38,560 bases of DNA from a virus (IMGVR_UViG_3300020044_005777:1-38560); one strand, 5' to 3'; counted from the stretch's first letter, positions 27,417-35,754 are shown. A program made the numbers and translations. Notes: generated by a model from the letters alone, not told the origin.

Positions 27417-28595
27417 TTACGCCATGTTATAAACGCCAGTACGTTTAAATAATAGATTGAGTGCTACATACCTTAACGCATCAATAGCGTGGTTATAAGC
27501 ATCTATTGGTATTCCTGTTGACTTGCCCGTATCGTCTTGCAGGTAGCAGTAATTCCTTAGTTCCTTTATTAGATTAGTTGAATCTTCGGTAACATAAATA
27601 GTGTATTCTTGTAATTTAGCAATAGAGGCACGTATTGAATCTTGACCTTTATTTGCGCCAGTAATCGTATATCCTCCTAGCCTTTTTAAATCCGCTATGC
27701 TTTTAGGGTCTGCGCTATCCGCAATAACTGGTACGTGAATAGGTACTCCAACAGATTGCATCCTATTATGAATATCTGAATTTAATAACCCAGTTTCATA
27801 AATTAATTCTTGAACGTATAAACTAGTCCCTTGCTTACAAACTTTAACCAATGCTGTTGGGTCTGCGCTAAAGCCCCAGTCTAGTCCATATCCAATTCTT
27901 TCAGCCCCTTGTGGTATTTCTTTAATAACCTCAAAGTTAAATACTACGCCTTGTAATGAGCCTATTTCCCCATCAATATAGACCTTGCACCAATTAGCCC
28001 AATAACCTTCACGTCCCGACTGCTTCTCTCTATCCGCTTTTAATCTTGCTTGTATAAAGTCATCAACTACATTCGGCGGTAGCCCTTCATTATCTTTGTA
28101 GGTAAGAATTAATAATTCACTATCAGTTTCTTTTAATACCTCCTCGTGCGCCCAAAATGAATCTGTTGGGTTAAAGTCAATATAAATGTCATCGCTTGTA
28201 CGGACTGCTGCTTGGTGATAATCTTGGTACTTTATTCGATTAGCCTCGTTGACGTATAAAATATTTCGCCTTGCCCCGATAACCGAATTAGGAGGAATGA
28301 ACTCGATATAAGAACCATTAGCAAACTTGTACTTTCTATCGGTTGAATTAAAGCGTGATTCATGCCACCTATTGGTAGCCTTCATAATCTTAATAAAGTC
28401 CTTCATTGCCCCCTTTTTTAAATGAGGTACGCTTTCTGACATTACCGTTATTTCAAGGTTTGAATTTTTACAAGCCTTGTCAATTAGAATGGGAATAATC
28501 CCAAATGTCTTCCCAGCACTACTGCCACCTTGAATAACTTTCTTCCTCGCTGTCATTGCGAGAATCTTATTTATTGCAGTAGTTCGGATGAACAT
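27417..28595 (-). CDS. terL: Terminase large subunit (PBSX/SPP1-like)
   Basis: QGGSSAGKT Walker A, LYVNEAN Walker B, DFNP, GLDWGFSADP, DAYNHAIDALRY. Confidence 0.96.
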   Translation of the reverse strand: MFIRTTAINKILAMTARKKVIQGGSSAGKTFGIIPILIDKACKNSNLEITVMSESVPHLKKGAMKDFIKIMKATNRWHESRFNSTDRKYKFANGSYIEFIPPNSVIGARRNILYVNEANRIKYQDYHQAAVRTSDDIYIDFNPTDSFWAHEEVLKETDSELLILTYKDNEGLPPNVVDDFIQARLKADREKQSGREGYWANWCKVYIDGEIGSLQGVVFNFEVIKEIPQGAERIGYGLDWGFSADPTALVKVCKQGTSLYVQELIYETGLLNSDIHNRMQSVGVPIHVPVIADSADPKSIADLKRLGGYTITGANKGQDSIRASIAKLQEYTIYVTEDSTNLIKELRNYCYLQDDTGKSTGIPIDAYNHAIDALRYVALNLLFKRTGVYNMA

Positions 28596-28678
28596 TAATT
28601 AAGTCCGTATGAATAGTAAGCAACTATAAAACCATCTTCTTCTATTATAACCTCCTCAAATATTCCCTCACTTATCAT
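28595..28678 (-). CDS. Possible 27-aa ORF between terminase subunits
   Basis: MISEGIFEEVIIEEDGFIVAYYSYGLN; TAATG coupling to terL. Confidence 0.35.
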   Translation of the reverse strand: MISEGIFEEVIIEEDGFIVAYYSYGLN

Positions 28679-29102
28679 TTTTGTCAGGGAATAAAGGCTG
28701 TTCCATTGATATGTTAACGTCTGACTTTTCAGTTAATCCATTCAATCGTTGTGTTATGGATGGGTTATACATACCCAATAAACCACCAGTTATTTGATTC
28801 TCACGGATTTCTTTTTTAATACGCGAACAGACATTAACGAAGTCACCGTAATATCCTTCCTTATTTGCAAAATATTGCTCAATTACTCCATATCTGTCAT
28901 AGCAGAAGTTTTCAAACCCTTCCATTGTATAAGGAAGTTTAAACGGGTCTGTTACTCTATCTCCATCTTTACCTACATATTGGATTTTTAGCCACTCTTT
29001 AGCTTCTTCTTTTAAATGGGCTTTGTATTCAGCAAATGCTTTATATAGTTCATCGGGGTGTTTGAATATCCTAGTGGGATGAATATTTCCGTTCTTAGCC
29101 AT
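28668..29102 (-). CDS. terS: Terminase small subunit (P22 gp3-like)
   Basis: F..PDELYKAFAEY, PYTMEGF, GMYNPSITQRLNGL; upstream of terL. Confidence 0.85.
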   Translation of the reverse strand: MAKNGNIHPTRIFKHPDELYKAFAEYKAHLKEEAKEWLKIQYVGKDGDRVTDPFKLPYTMEGFENFCYDRYGVIEQYFANKEGYYGDFVNVCSRIKKEIRENQITGGLLGMYNPSITQRLNGLTEKSDVNISMEQPLFPDKNDK

Positions 29103-29208
29103 GTTTGTCTTTTTTAGAGATTAGGTATAATAGTGATATTGCTGCTCCTGTTAATAATAAAGGTGAACCAAAGTCAAGGATTATTTTCCCAAAAATATCT
29201 GCATTCAT
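29095..29208 (-). CDS. Possible 37-aa membrane peptide
   Basis: MNADIFGKIILDFGSPLLLTGAAISLLYLISKKDKHG; overlaps terS start. Confidence 0.4.
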   Translation of the reverse strand: MNADIFGKIILDFGSPLLLTGAAISLLYLISKKDKHG

Positions 29209-29224
29209 ATTCGCTCATAGTTTT

Positions 29225-29404
29225 TTAAATATCAACTTCAACTCCTTCGATTCTGTCGTAAACTTGATAATTTTCGCATATTTTTTTTCTTGTAAGCCTC
29301 TTGCACTCTTCTAGAGTGTCATAAGTAGCTAATACGTCCCAAATACCGCCTTGTGGATAGTAAAAATCAAATCCAAAAACTAAATATCTTTTATGCTTTT
29401 CCAT
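29225..29404 (-). CDS. Small hypothetical protein (59 aa, not in ORF track)
   Basis: MEKHKRYLVFGFDFYYPQGGIWD...; TAATG coupling to upstream gene. Confidence 0.7.
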   Translation of the reverse strand: MEKHKRYLVFGFDFYYPQGGIWDVLATYDTLEECKRLTRKKICENYQVYDRIEGVEVDI

Positions 29405-30738
29405 TAGCTTAGTTTTTTAAATACTCTTATGTGAACTACATTAAACAATTCTTTGAAATGGTCATTAGGTAGTAAACTGTTTACGCCTTGTGTTGTGTCA
29501 TCGTGTCCTCTAAACATTCCATCAGGTAAATTATAATTACAAGCGCAATCGTCTAATACTAAATAACCGCCTTTTTTTACAAAGGTACTAAAATTAATAA
29601 TATCTTGTCTTACTCCATTGTAAGAATGGTCACCATCAATATATATTAGGTCGTATTCTTTTTTCCCTGCTTCTTTAATAATGTCGGGATTGGTTGATAG
29701 TCCGTGTAATATAGTTGGTTGAGGTAGGTTGAACTCATTGTGTATTCTCTTTACGTCTTCTGCGTAATTTGATTCCCAATAGTTTCCTGTTGTATCTAGT
29801 GGGGTAATCCCTGTTACATTTGCTTCGGGGTTAAGCAGTTTAAACAAAGCAAGTGTTTGACCCTTGAATACTCCTATTTCTAATATTTCATTGATTGGTT
29901 GTGAATCGAATATCAGTTTAAACATTGGATAGAAAGCCCGTTCACCGAATCCAAATATGTTTTTTTCAACCCAAAGCCTAAGTTGTAGTTGCTTTATTAG
30001 ACTACTATCGGTTAATAGTTTATTGGTAAGGTTGTCGTTAATATACTTGTGTGATTGTGGTAAGTCTTGCCATGATTGGGTTAATTCTTTTACGTTCTTT
30101 GTGCTTACAATTAAATGCTCATACGCTCCTAGTGGTGTTTGTCCATTTCCGTGAACAAATTGCGCTGAACCATCCGTGTGTGTGTTTATTAGATGGTCGT
30201 TTAATTTGAACTCTGATGGTGAGCAAAAGGCTACTGATTGGAATATATGGCAATCCGTATCTAAATAACATTTGTCCTGATTATTCAGATACAAGTCAGT
30301 CATCCATGTTTGGTCGTTTATATCCTTTTCGGTTATTGGGTTGGCTTCGTATAGTTCAATAAAGGTTTTAGAACTTCCGCAAAACTGACCAGCGTTCACA
30401 TACTTAAATGGGCTGCTTGTTTCGGGATATAACTTGGCTTTCTCTGGATGAGGGTAGCATCCTTTCTCTGCGCTTATTATTAACTTGTTTGAATGAAGCT
30501 TTATTAAATCTAAAGTCTGTTCAGGCTTACCTATTGCAAACGTATCAAAGGCATCTGTAAATACAAAGTATTCGACCTGTGGGTTACTCTTTAAATAGTT
30601 GTACGTCCATTGCTCCTTGCATTCAAGTCCTGTCCAGTTTCCAGTTAAAAACTCTAAATCCCATCCGTAATTACGTGCGGACATTATTAAACGCTCTGCG
30701 CCCTCTTTACGTGATGCTGTGGTGATTAGCTTAATCAT
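29404..30738 (-). CDS. PLOD-type GT-A glycosyltransferase fused to class I SAM methyltransferase
   Basis: FTDAFD, SAEKGCYP, YVNAGQFCG, NDQ, LDTDCHIFQ, VHGNG; then LEIGVFKGQT, IYIDGDHSY, GGYLVLDD. Confidence 0.82.
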   Translation of the reverse strand: MIKLITTASRKEGAERLIMSARNYGWDLEFLTGNWTGLECKEQWTYNYLKSNPQVEYFVFTDAFDTFAIGKPEQTLDLIKLHSNKLIISAEKGCYPHPEKAKLYPETSSPFKYVNAGQFCGSSKTFIELYEANPITEKDINDQTWMTDLYLNNQDKCYLDTDCHIFQSVAFCSPSEFKLNDHLINTHTDGSAQFVHGNGQTPLGAYEHLIVSTKNVKELTQSWQDLPQSHKYINDNLTNKLLTDSSLIKQLQLRLWVEKNIFGFGERAFYPMFKLIFDSQPINEILEIGVFKGQTLALFKLLNPEANVTGITPLDTTGNYWESNYAEDVKRIHNEFNLPQPTILHGLSTNPDIIKEAGKKEYDLIYIDGDHSYNGVRQDIINFSTFVKKGGYLVLDDCACNYNLPDGMFRGHDDTTQGVNSLLPNDHFKELFNVVHIRVFKKLS

Positions 30739-31529
30739 TGGAATGGATTGTAGTAAATTGATTTAGTCCCGTTTAAATACTGGTCAACTATTCTAATAAC
30801 ATTCTGTGTTTGTTCTCCTGAATGCCTTTCCTTCCATCCTTGATAGGGTGTTTTGCCATCGTCTATATGGTCAATCTCAATCTGTGGGAAATGAACGTTT
30901 TTAAATCCTGCTATGTGACTGCGCCAACTTGCTAACACGTCATCGTAACCGTAAAGGCTAGGTTGATATAGATACCCAATTTTATCTAATAACGCACGGT
31001 TGTAAAGTTGACAAGTACCGATGACGTGTTTAACTTTTTCAACCACCAACCACTTCTGTCCTGCTTCTTGTGGCAGCATTATTAATTCTGACTTATAATC
31101 AGGATTAGGGTTGCTTGGTTTTTCCCAGCAATCTTTTCTCTTTAATCCTATAATTCCAATATTCGGGTCACGCTCGATACATTCAACCATTAAATCCAGC
31201 CAGTTAGTAGAGTGTATTACCACATCATCATCCATTTTTAAACAATGCGAATTAGGGTAACGCTCCCAAACTTTATTGATAGCTTCGGCAGTACCTATGT
31301 TAGTGTCATTAAAAATAACATCATGCACTACTCCTAACCGCTTGAACAATCTAATAAAATCAATTGTATTGTCAGTCATTCCGTTTACCGACAACACTAG
31401 CTTATAGTCCTTATTGTCTAACAATTGTGCCATTAGACTAGCTAGGCATTTTTCTAAGCATTCGTCTTTACAATTTTCTTCGGTGCTGTAAACAGCCATC
31501 CCGATAACTACTTTAGGTGAGTTGGTCAT
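30735..31529 (-). CDS. GT2-family glycosyltransferase
   Basis: NIGTAEAIN, KMDDD DxD motif, LLDKIGYL, YGYDD. Confidence 0.88.
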   Translation of the reverse strand: MTNSPKVVIGMAVYSTEENCKDECLEKCLASLMAQLLDNKDYKLVLSVNGMTDNTIDFIRLFKRLGVVHDVIFNDTNIGTAEAINKVWERYPNSHCLKMDDDVVIHSTNWLDLMVECIERDPNIGIIGLKRKDCWEKPSNPNPDYKSELIMLPQEAGQKWLVVEKVKHVIGTCQLYNRALLDKIGYLYQPSLYGYDDVLASWRSHIAGFKNVHFPQIEIDHIDDGKTPYQGWKERHSGEQTQNVIRIVDQYLNGTKSIYYNPFQ

Positions 31530-32634
31530 ATATTTGTTTTCTCTTGGTGGTTAAATTTTGTAGCGAGTAAGGTCTAATATCCCTCGATAAATAATGTGCT
31601 TTCTCTTTAATTATTTCAGGGTTTGATAGGATATATCTTTGCCATCCTTTAAATGATTTTTCGGATAGCAAGAATGAATTTTCCTTTGTAGCCAATGGAG
31701 TATATGGGTTTACTTCTGACACCATTACTGCACACCCTTTAAACCCTGCTTCTAACATTTTTAGATTAGATTTACAATTATTAAACTCTGTGTCTAATAA
31801 AGGAGCAACCGATATATCAAACTCATTGTAAACATTTCCAAACGTATCTATATCCGTTCTCCATATCCTACGGTAACACAAGTCGGTACGCAATTCTTTT
31901 TTAAATTCGTTCATTAAGTCTAAAACGTAATCCATGTGGAATCTTTGTAATGGCTTAAAGTTTCTTGTGAGTAGCTTCTCGTAAGCCACGCTAACGGTAT
32001 GCTTACCTTCATATCCACATAACACGACTTGCCCATGATGATAAAATGCGCTCTCATTAATGCTAAATGCAACATCCGCAGCAATTGAACCGATGTCCTC
32101 CTGATGGGTTGAGCCTTGTGTAAATCCGAATCTAACACGGTCTGAATAAGTACGTTTAGGCTTCCATGTATCATCCGATGTGTCAATACCATTTTCAATA
32201 ACATACACGTTTTTATTAAGCGGCTTAATCTTATCCGCTAATATTGAAGTGGTACAAATGACAAAGTGTGATGCAGCTATTGATTTAACAATTAACGCTG
32301 GTGTGTTATTGTTTTGGTAAGATTCGTAAAGTATGTGGAACTTATCTAAGTGCCAATAATCATCTAAGTCTAATCCAAATTTAATGCCTAATTTATTAAG
32401 CCGTTCTTTGGTTTCGTCAGGTCTGTTAATTACACGACAAAATAGAATTAGATTGAATTTTTTTAATTCATCATCCGACATTTCGTGAATACTATTAGCC
32501 GTTGAATAATCATAATCGGGGTGAAGTTTATTAAGCACATGGTGAGGTTTATACATACGGTGGTATTCAACTGCACCGATAGTGTACTGTGTTTCACTTA
32601 TTAAGTGGATGTGGTGGACTAATAAAACTCTCAT
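31513..32634 (-). CDS. GT-B (GT4-like) glycosyltransferase
   Basis: DLDDYW, VICTTSILA, VYVIENGID, DISVAPL...FNNCKSNLKMLEAG. Confidence 0.85.
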   Translation of the reverse strand: MRVLLVHHIHLISETQYTIGAVEYHRMYKPHHVLNKLHPDYDYSTANSIHEMSDDELKKFNLILFCRVINRPDETKERLNKLGIKFGLDLDDYWHLDKFHILYESYQNNNTPALIVKSIAASHFVICTTSILADKIKPLNKNVYVIENGIDTSDDTWKPKRTYSDRVRFGFTQGSTHQEDIGSIAADVAFSINESAFYHHGQVVLCGYEGKHTVSVAYEKLLTRNFKPLQRFHMDYVLDLMNEFKKELRTDLCYRRIWRTDIDTFGNVYNEFDISVAPLLDTEFNNCKSNLKMLEAGFKGCAVMVSEVNPYTPLATKENSFLLSEKSFKGWQRYILSNPEIIKEKAHYLSRDIRPYSLQNLTTKRKQIYDQLT

Positions 32635-32906
32635 GATTTTGGTTTCCTTCCACGTTTTTTAATTTCTTGTTGCGGTTCTTGCTTTGGAAACGTCATAAAT
32701 ACTGGCTTTCCTAGCAAATTATAAGCATCATTGAACATATTAATAATACACGACTGGCAACCACTTAAAATGTACCTATGTCCATGACTGTTTAATATCT
32801 TTGCAATGGCTATCGCATCATTGCTTCGTGCCTGTGGGATATAAGCATCATTATGTACTAATTCAATCAATGCTCTGTACGGCTCTAAATCGGTTTGTAA
32901 ACTCAT
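32631..32906 (-). CDS. Hypothetical protein with CxxC and basic tail
   Basis: GCQSC; C-terminal KKRGRKPK. Confidence 0.7.
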   Translation of the reverse strand: MSLQTDLEPYRALIELVHNDAYIPQARSNDAIAIAKILNSHGHRYILSGCQSCIINMFNDAYNLLGKPVFMTFPKQEPQQEIKKRGRKPKS

Positions 32907-33184
32907 ATCTTATGGTATAATTTGGTTGCTAACATGGAAATTAATGAACATACACCAGCCATAAATAGATTATTAAGTATAGGATGTTCAAGGTGAGTAA
33001 TTAGGTAAAGCCAAAATGATAGGCACATTTCACAATCAAAGGGCTTTAATCGGTACGGTCTTTTAAATTCAGGCGTAACTTGTTTGTATTTACCCATTAA
33101 AAAAAGAAACTGGGAAACCATTTGAGGAATACCCGATATGTTGGCGAACCATGCGCCAAACGCTGCGATTATTAAGACTTGCAT
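32903..33184 (-). CDS. Small membrane protein with CxxC (DUF1360-like)
   Basis: KPFDCEMCLSFW between hydrophobic segments. Confidence 0.65.
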   Translation of the reverse strand: MQVLIIAAFGAWFANISGIPQMVSQFLFLMGKYKQVTPEFKRPYRLKPFDCEMCLSFWLYLITHLEHPILNNLFMAGVCSLISMLATKLYHKI

Positions 33185-33765
33185 AATTGTTTATTTAGAT
33201 GTGATTTATATTCGTTAAATGAATGTAGTACTACTCTATAAGGGATATTTGATACTTCGGCAAATTTGCGAGGATTCTTAAAGTTGAACATTGATTGATA
33301 AAAAATGTGCGCCCTAAACATTGTTGTTCTATCCATGCTAGTCTTATCCTTCTCCACTTGTTTAATAATGTCGTCTTTAGTTATATGGCTTTCTTCCATT
33401 ATTTCAAGGACAGTATGAGGGTCTAAGTAATCGGGAACGTCTATAACCTCAACATCATCAAACATATCTAAGTTATAAATATTATCCGTTGCATTGTATA
33501 ATGGTGATGTAGAGCCTTTTTCATACTTCTTACACCTACCACGCATTGACCATATATTATGTATTATGCCGTAGCAAAACACCTCTAAATATTTACCCTC
33601 ATAAGCTAAAATCAATCGGTCATCTTTAATATTCAACAGCGATAAAAAAAACTCTTGGTAAAGGTCATCCGCTAAGTCCTGCCGTACCGCAATCTTAATA
33701 CAAATAGACTTGTACTTTAATTGCTTTGAAAGTTCCTCTATTATCTGCCTTGTGTCAATATTCAC
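33172..33765 (-). CDS. Sigma-70/ECF-like transcription factor
   Basis: Region-2-like LADDLYQEFFLSLL; C-terminal HTH-like PRKFAEVSNIPYRVV. Confidence 0.7.
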   Translation of the reverse strand: MNIDTRQIIEELSKQLKYKSICIKIAVRQDLADDLYQEFFLSLLNIKDDRLILAYEGKYLEVFCYGIIHNIWSMRGRCKKYEKGSTSPLYNATDNIYNLDMFDDVEVIDVPDYLDPHTVLEIMEESHITKDDIIKQVEKDKTSMDRTTMFRAHIFYQSMFNFKNPRKFAEVSNIPYRVVLHSFNEYKSHLNKQLCKS

Positions 33766-34115
33766 AAAGATAAAGTATCAACGCTCGATTTAACGGCCCC
33801 TTGAATAGATTTTATTAAATTGCCATCCACAAGTATGGAGTAATAAATTTTACCACCATTGGGATGAACCATTGATATTGTAGCGTATTTAAACTTGGTG
33901 CTTCGGGTATAGTTAGCAGTTGTAATAGGATTAACCGTAATTATTGAATCGCTACCCCACTTTTTATTGCTTAATTCAATAGTGCAATAGTATGAAGCAT
34001 CTTTGATGGTTAGGACTTTATAATCCTTTACTGGAACTGGCTCGGGGTCAGGTGTTGGCTGTACTGTTTCCTTTTTACACGATACAAGTAAAGCGAGTAA
34101 GATTAATTTTTTCAT
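33762..34115 (-). CDS. Lipoprotein
   Basis: MKKLILLALLVSC lipobox, PTPDPEPVP linker, beta domain. Confidence 0.8.
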   Translation of the reverse strand: MKKLILLALLVSCKKETVQPTPDPEPVPVKDYKVLTIKDASYYCTIELSNKKWGSDSIITVNPITTANYTRSTKFKYATISMVHPNGGKIYYSILVDGNLIKSIQGAVKSSVDTLSL

Positions 34116-34190
34116 AGGTTTTTTACAAAGTTGCGTAATTAATTTCTAATAACCAACTAAAAAAAGTTTGATGATTCTAAAAAAGATTAT

Positions 34191-34198
34191 TAGTTTTG
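34191..34198 (+). promoter_or_regulatory. Bacteroidota-type -7 element at start of early arm
   Basis: TAGTTTTG in divergent intergenic region, upstream of the cassette array. Confidence 0.55.
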
Positions 34199-34226
34199 CG
34201 TTGTGATGGAATTAAATAACAAATAA

Positions 34227-34442
34227 ATGATGATAGAAAGCAGTCAGCCCCCATTTTGCAAAACCGATGTTAGCTTTAGTTTGTGGGAATATGGCACTTG
34301 CAATGATATACCCGCCCGAAGACACAAGATTAACAAGAATGTTCAGTTTGTTTTATGGAAAGCAGGTGAGCAAGGGCATAAAGAAGATTATTGGCACAAT
34401 TTCGATATTAGTTGGTGGGATGGCTTTATTCCCACAAATTGA
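34227..34442 (+). CDS. Hypothetical protein reading through a cassette core site
   Basis: QPPFCKTDVS spans GAT-GTTAGC; stop abuts the inverse core. Confidence 0.7.
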   Translation: MMIESSQPPFCKTDVSFSLWEYGTCNDIPARRHKINKNVQFVLWKAGEQGHKEDYWHNFDISWWDGFIPTN

Positions 34443-34568
34443 AGCTAACGTTTTGCACATTGCCAAAAGTGGGGCATTATACCACCAATTTTTAATTGAA
34501 AAACCAAATTTGATATGAGTGTAAAAGCTGATTTGAAAACGATAACACCCACTTTTGGCTATGTGCTG
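34269..34568 (+). mobile_element. Integron-cassette-like unit 1 of array
   Basis: 34269-34291 vs reverse complement of 34427-34449: 21/23 match; followed by attC-like site. Confidence 0.72.
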
Positions 34569-34574
34569 TTAGGT
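34443..34574 (+). repeat. attC-like site (132 bp)
   Basis: AGCTAAC ... GTTAGGT enclosing 18/19 inverted repeat (34455-34473 / 34548-34566) around an AT-rich loop. Confidence 0.75.
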
Positions 34575-34793
34575 GCAGTGCTTCTCATAAATTGAAAAAA
34601 AAAATGAACAAAATATTGATATGTGTATTACTGCAAATCGTTCTTTTTATTCCATTCTATTTGATTTGGAGGAATGATTGCAAAAAAATAGGTAAAGACA
34701 ATTTAGCTGTTAGTTTACAAGAACGATTTTTGTACTGGCTAATATTTTGTCCAATATGGTTGGCAGGTGTTTTGGATTAGCATTGCACCTAAC
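34568..34793 (+). mobile_element. Integron-cassette-like unit 2 of array
   Basis: GTTAGGTGCAGTGC vs GCATTGCACCTAAC: 13/14 inverted match bracketing one ORF. Confidence 0.72.
34604..34780 (+). CDS. Small two-TM membrane protein in cassette 2
   Basis: MNKILICVLLQIVLFIPFYLIW...FLYWLIFCPIWLAGVLD; stop abuts the inverse core. Confidence 0.7.
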   Translation: MNKILICVLLQIVLFIPFYLIWRNDCKKIGKDNLAVSLQERFLYWLIFCPIWLAGVLD

Positions 34794-34866
34794 TTGTAAA
34801 TATGCGAACATACACACCTTACATACTTTTAAAGAATTTTAATAAAAAACCTTAAAAAATATAGAA

Positions 34867-35082
34867 ATGGAAAATTTATCACACAAAGAAAGAGAGCAAA
34901 TCGCTTTAGAAGAATTTAGAAAACAGCCTTTACAAAATATCTGTACTGTTGCGATTATTAAAATAGCAGAAGTAGCTATAAGCACAAATGCAGAAAAAGG
35001 CACATTAGAAACGGCTGCAACTATGAACGGCAAACGTTATAAAATAAAAGCGATTGTTACTTATGAGGAAATCAATCCCTGA
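34867..35082 (+). CDS. Hypothetical protein
   Basis: 71-aa ORF with A-rich leader. Confidence 0.7.
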   Translation: MENLSHKEREQIALEEFRKQPLQNICTVAIIKIAEVAISTNAEKGTLETAATMNGKRYKIKAIVTYEEINP

Positions 35083-35169
35083 CGAAGTAATCGTAAAACA
35101 CGGTAAAGCCACAACAATACACGTCATATAACTGGAATCTATAACACTGTAATCAATTAACCAAAACAT

Positions 35170-35379
35170 ATGGAAACAAAGAAAACAAAAAGAAAGCTAG
35201 ACCTACATACGCTTCAAGTGGGGGAATCAAAAACATTTAAATCAGAAGGTAATCATTTATCACTTCAATCATCACTTTGCGTGAGTGCTAAAAATGTATC
35301 TAAAAAGGTTGAAGGGTTTAAAGTTAAGACAAATGTTAGCGAAGATAAGTCCGAAGTATCAGTAACACGGTTGGCTTAA
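35170..35379 (+). CDS. Small basic putative DNA-binding protein
   Basis: LQVGESKTF...VSVTRL; followed by terminator. Confidence 0.65.
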   Translation: METKKTKRKLDLHTLQVGESKTFKSEGNHLSLQSSLCVSAKNVSKKVEGFKVKTNVSEDKSEVSVTRLA

Positions 35380-35401
35380 TCTGCAGTAATCCAATAGTTA
35401 C

Positions 35402-35424
35402 AGCCCCTTAACTGGGGCTTTTTT
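35402..35424 (+). terminator. Intrinsic terminator
   Basis: AGCCCC-TTAACT-GGGGCT-TTTTT. Confidence 0.88.
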
Positions 35425-35449
35425 ATCCCCATTTATTAAAATTCTGCTA

Positions 35450-35546
35450 TTGATTTTCAGTAAGTTATGTAAATTTCTAAAAAAACACTTGACTTTTGAA
35501 TATCGTTACCCTATCTTTACACCATAAAAAACACGACATGAAAAAA
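35450..35546 (+). promoter_or_regulatory. Early promoter block, copy 2
   Basis: Homologous to 6645-6746; TTGACT at 35489, TATCTTTA at 35512. Confidence 0.7.
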
Positions 35547-35750
35547 CCAGTATCTCACCACGCTTTATTAGCGGTAATTTTTGCCTGTATTACAATTATA
35601 GGCATAGTAATGTTAGGACACGTACTAACAGATACATTTTTAAAACAAGCCTTTATATGGATGATTAACCACCTATTTGTATCATTCATTGTATTGTCTG
35701 TTATTTGCTTTTTAGGTAACTTTATTTTTGATATTGTTAGAAACAAGTAA
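35538..35750 (+). CDS. Small two-TM membrane protein
   Basis: ATG after AAAAACACGAC; two hydrophobic helices. Confidence 0.7.
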   Translation: MKKPVSHHALLAVIFACITIIGIVMLGHVLTDTFLKQAFIWMINHLFVSFIVLSVICFLGNFIFDIVRNK

Positions 35751-35754
35751 CACT

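Noticed and set aside
10071-30154. + strand ORFs within the late arm (e.g. 11951-12331, 13047-13505, 13620-13964, 15772-16062, 29105-29314)
   Set aside because: Antisense shadows of well-supported, tightly coupled - strand genes
31920-32204. 94-aa nested - strand ORF
   Set aside because: Out of frame inside the GT-B gene with no frameshift signal or motif
34267-34518. 83-aa + strand ORF
   Set aside because: Overlaps 34227-34442 out of frame and runs into the attC-like hairpin; the other frame stops exactly at the inverse core
34443-34574. Long hairpin as terminator, tRNA or CRISPR repeat
   Set aside because: Loop of about 74 nt, no U-tract, no cloverleaf, no repeat-spacer periodicity
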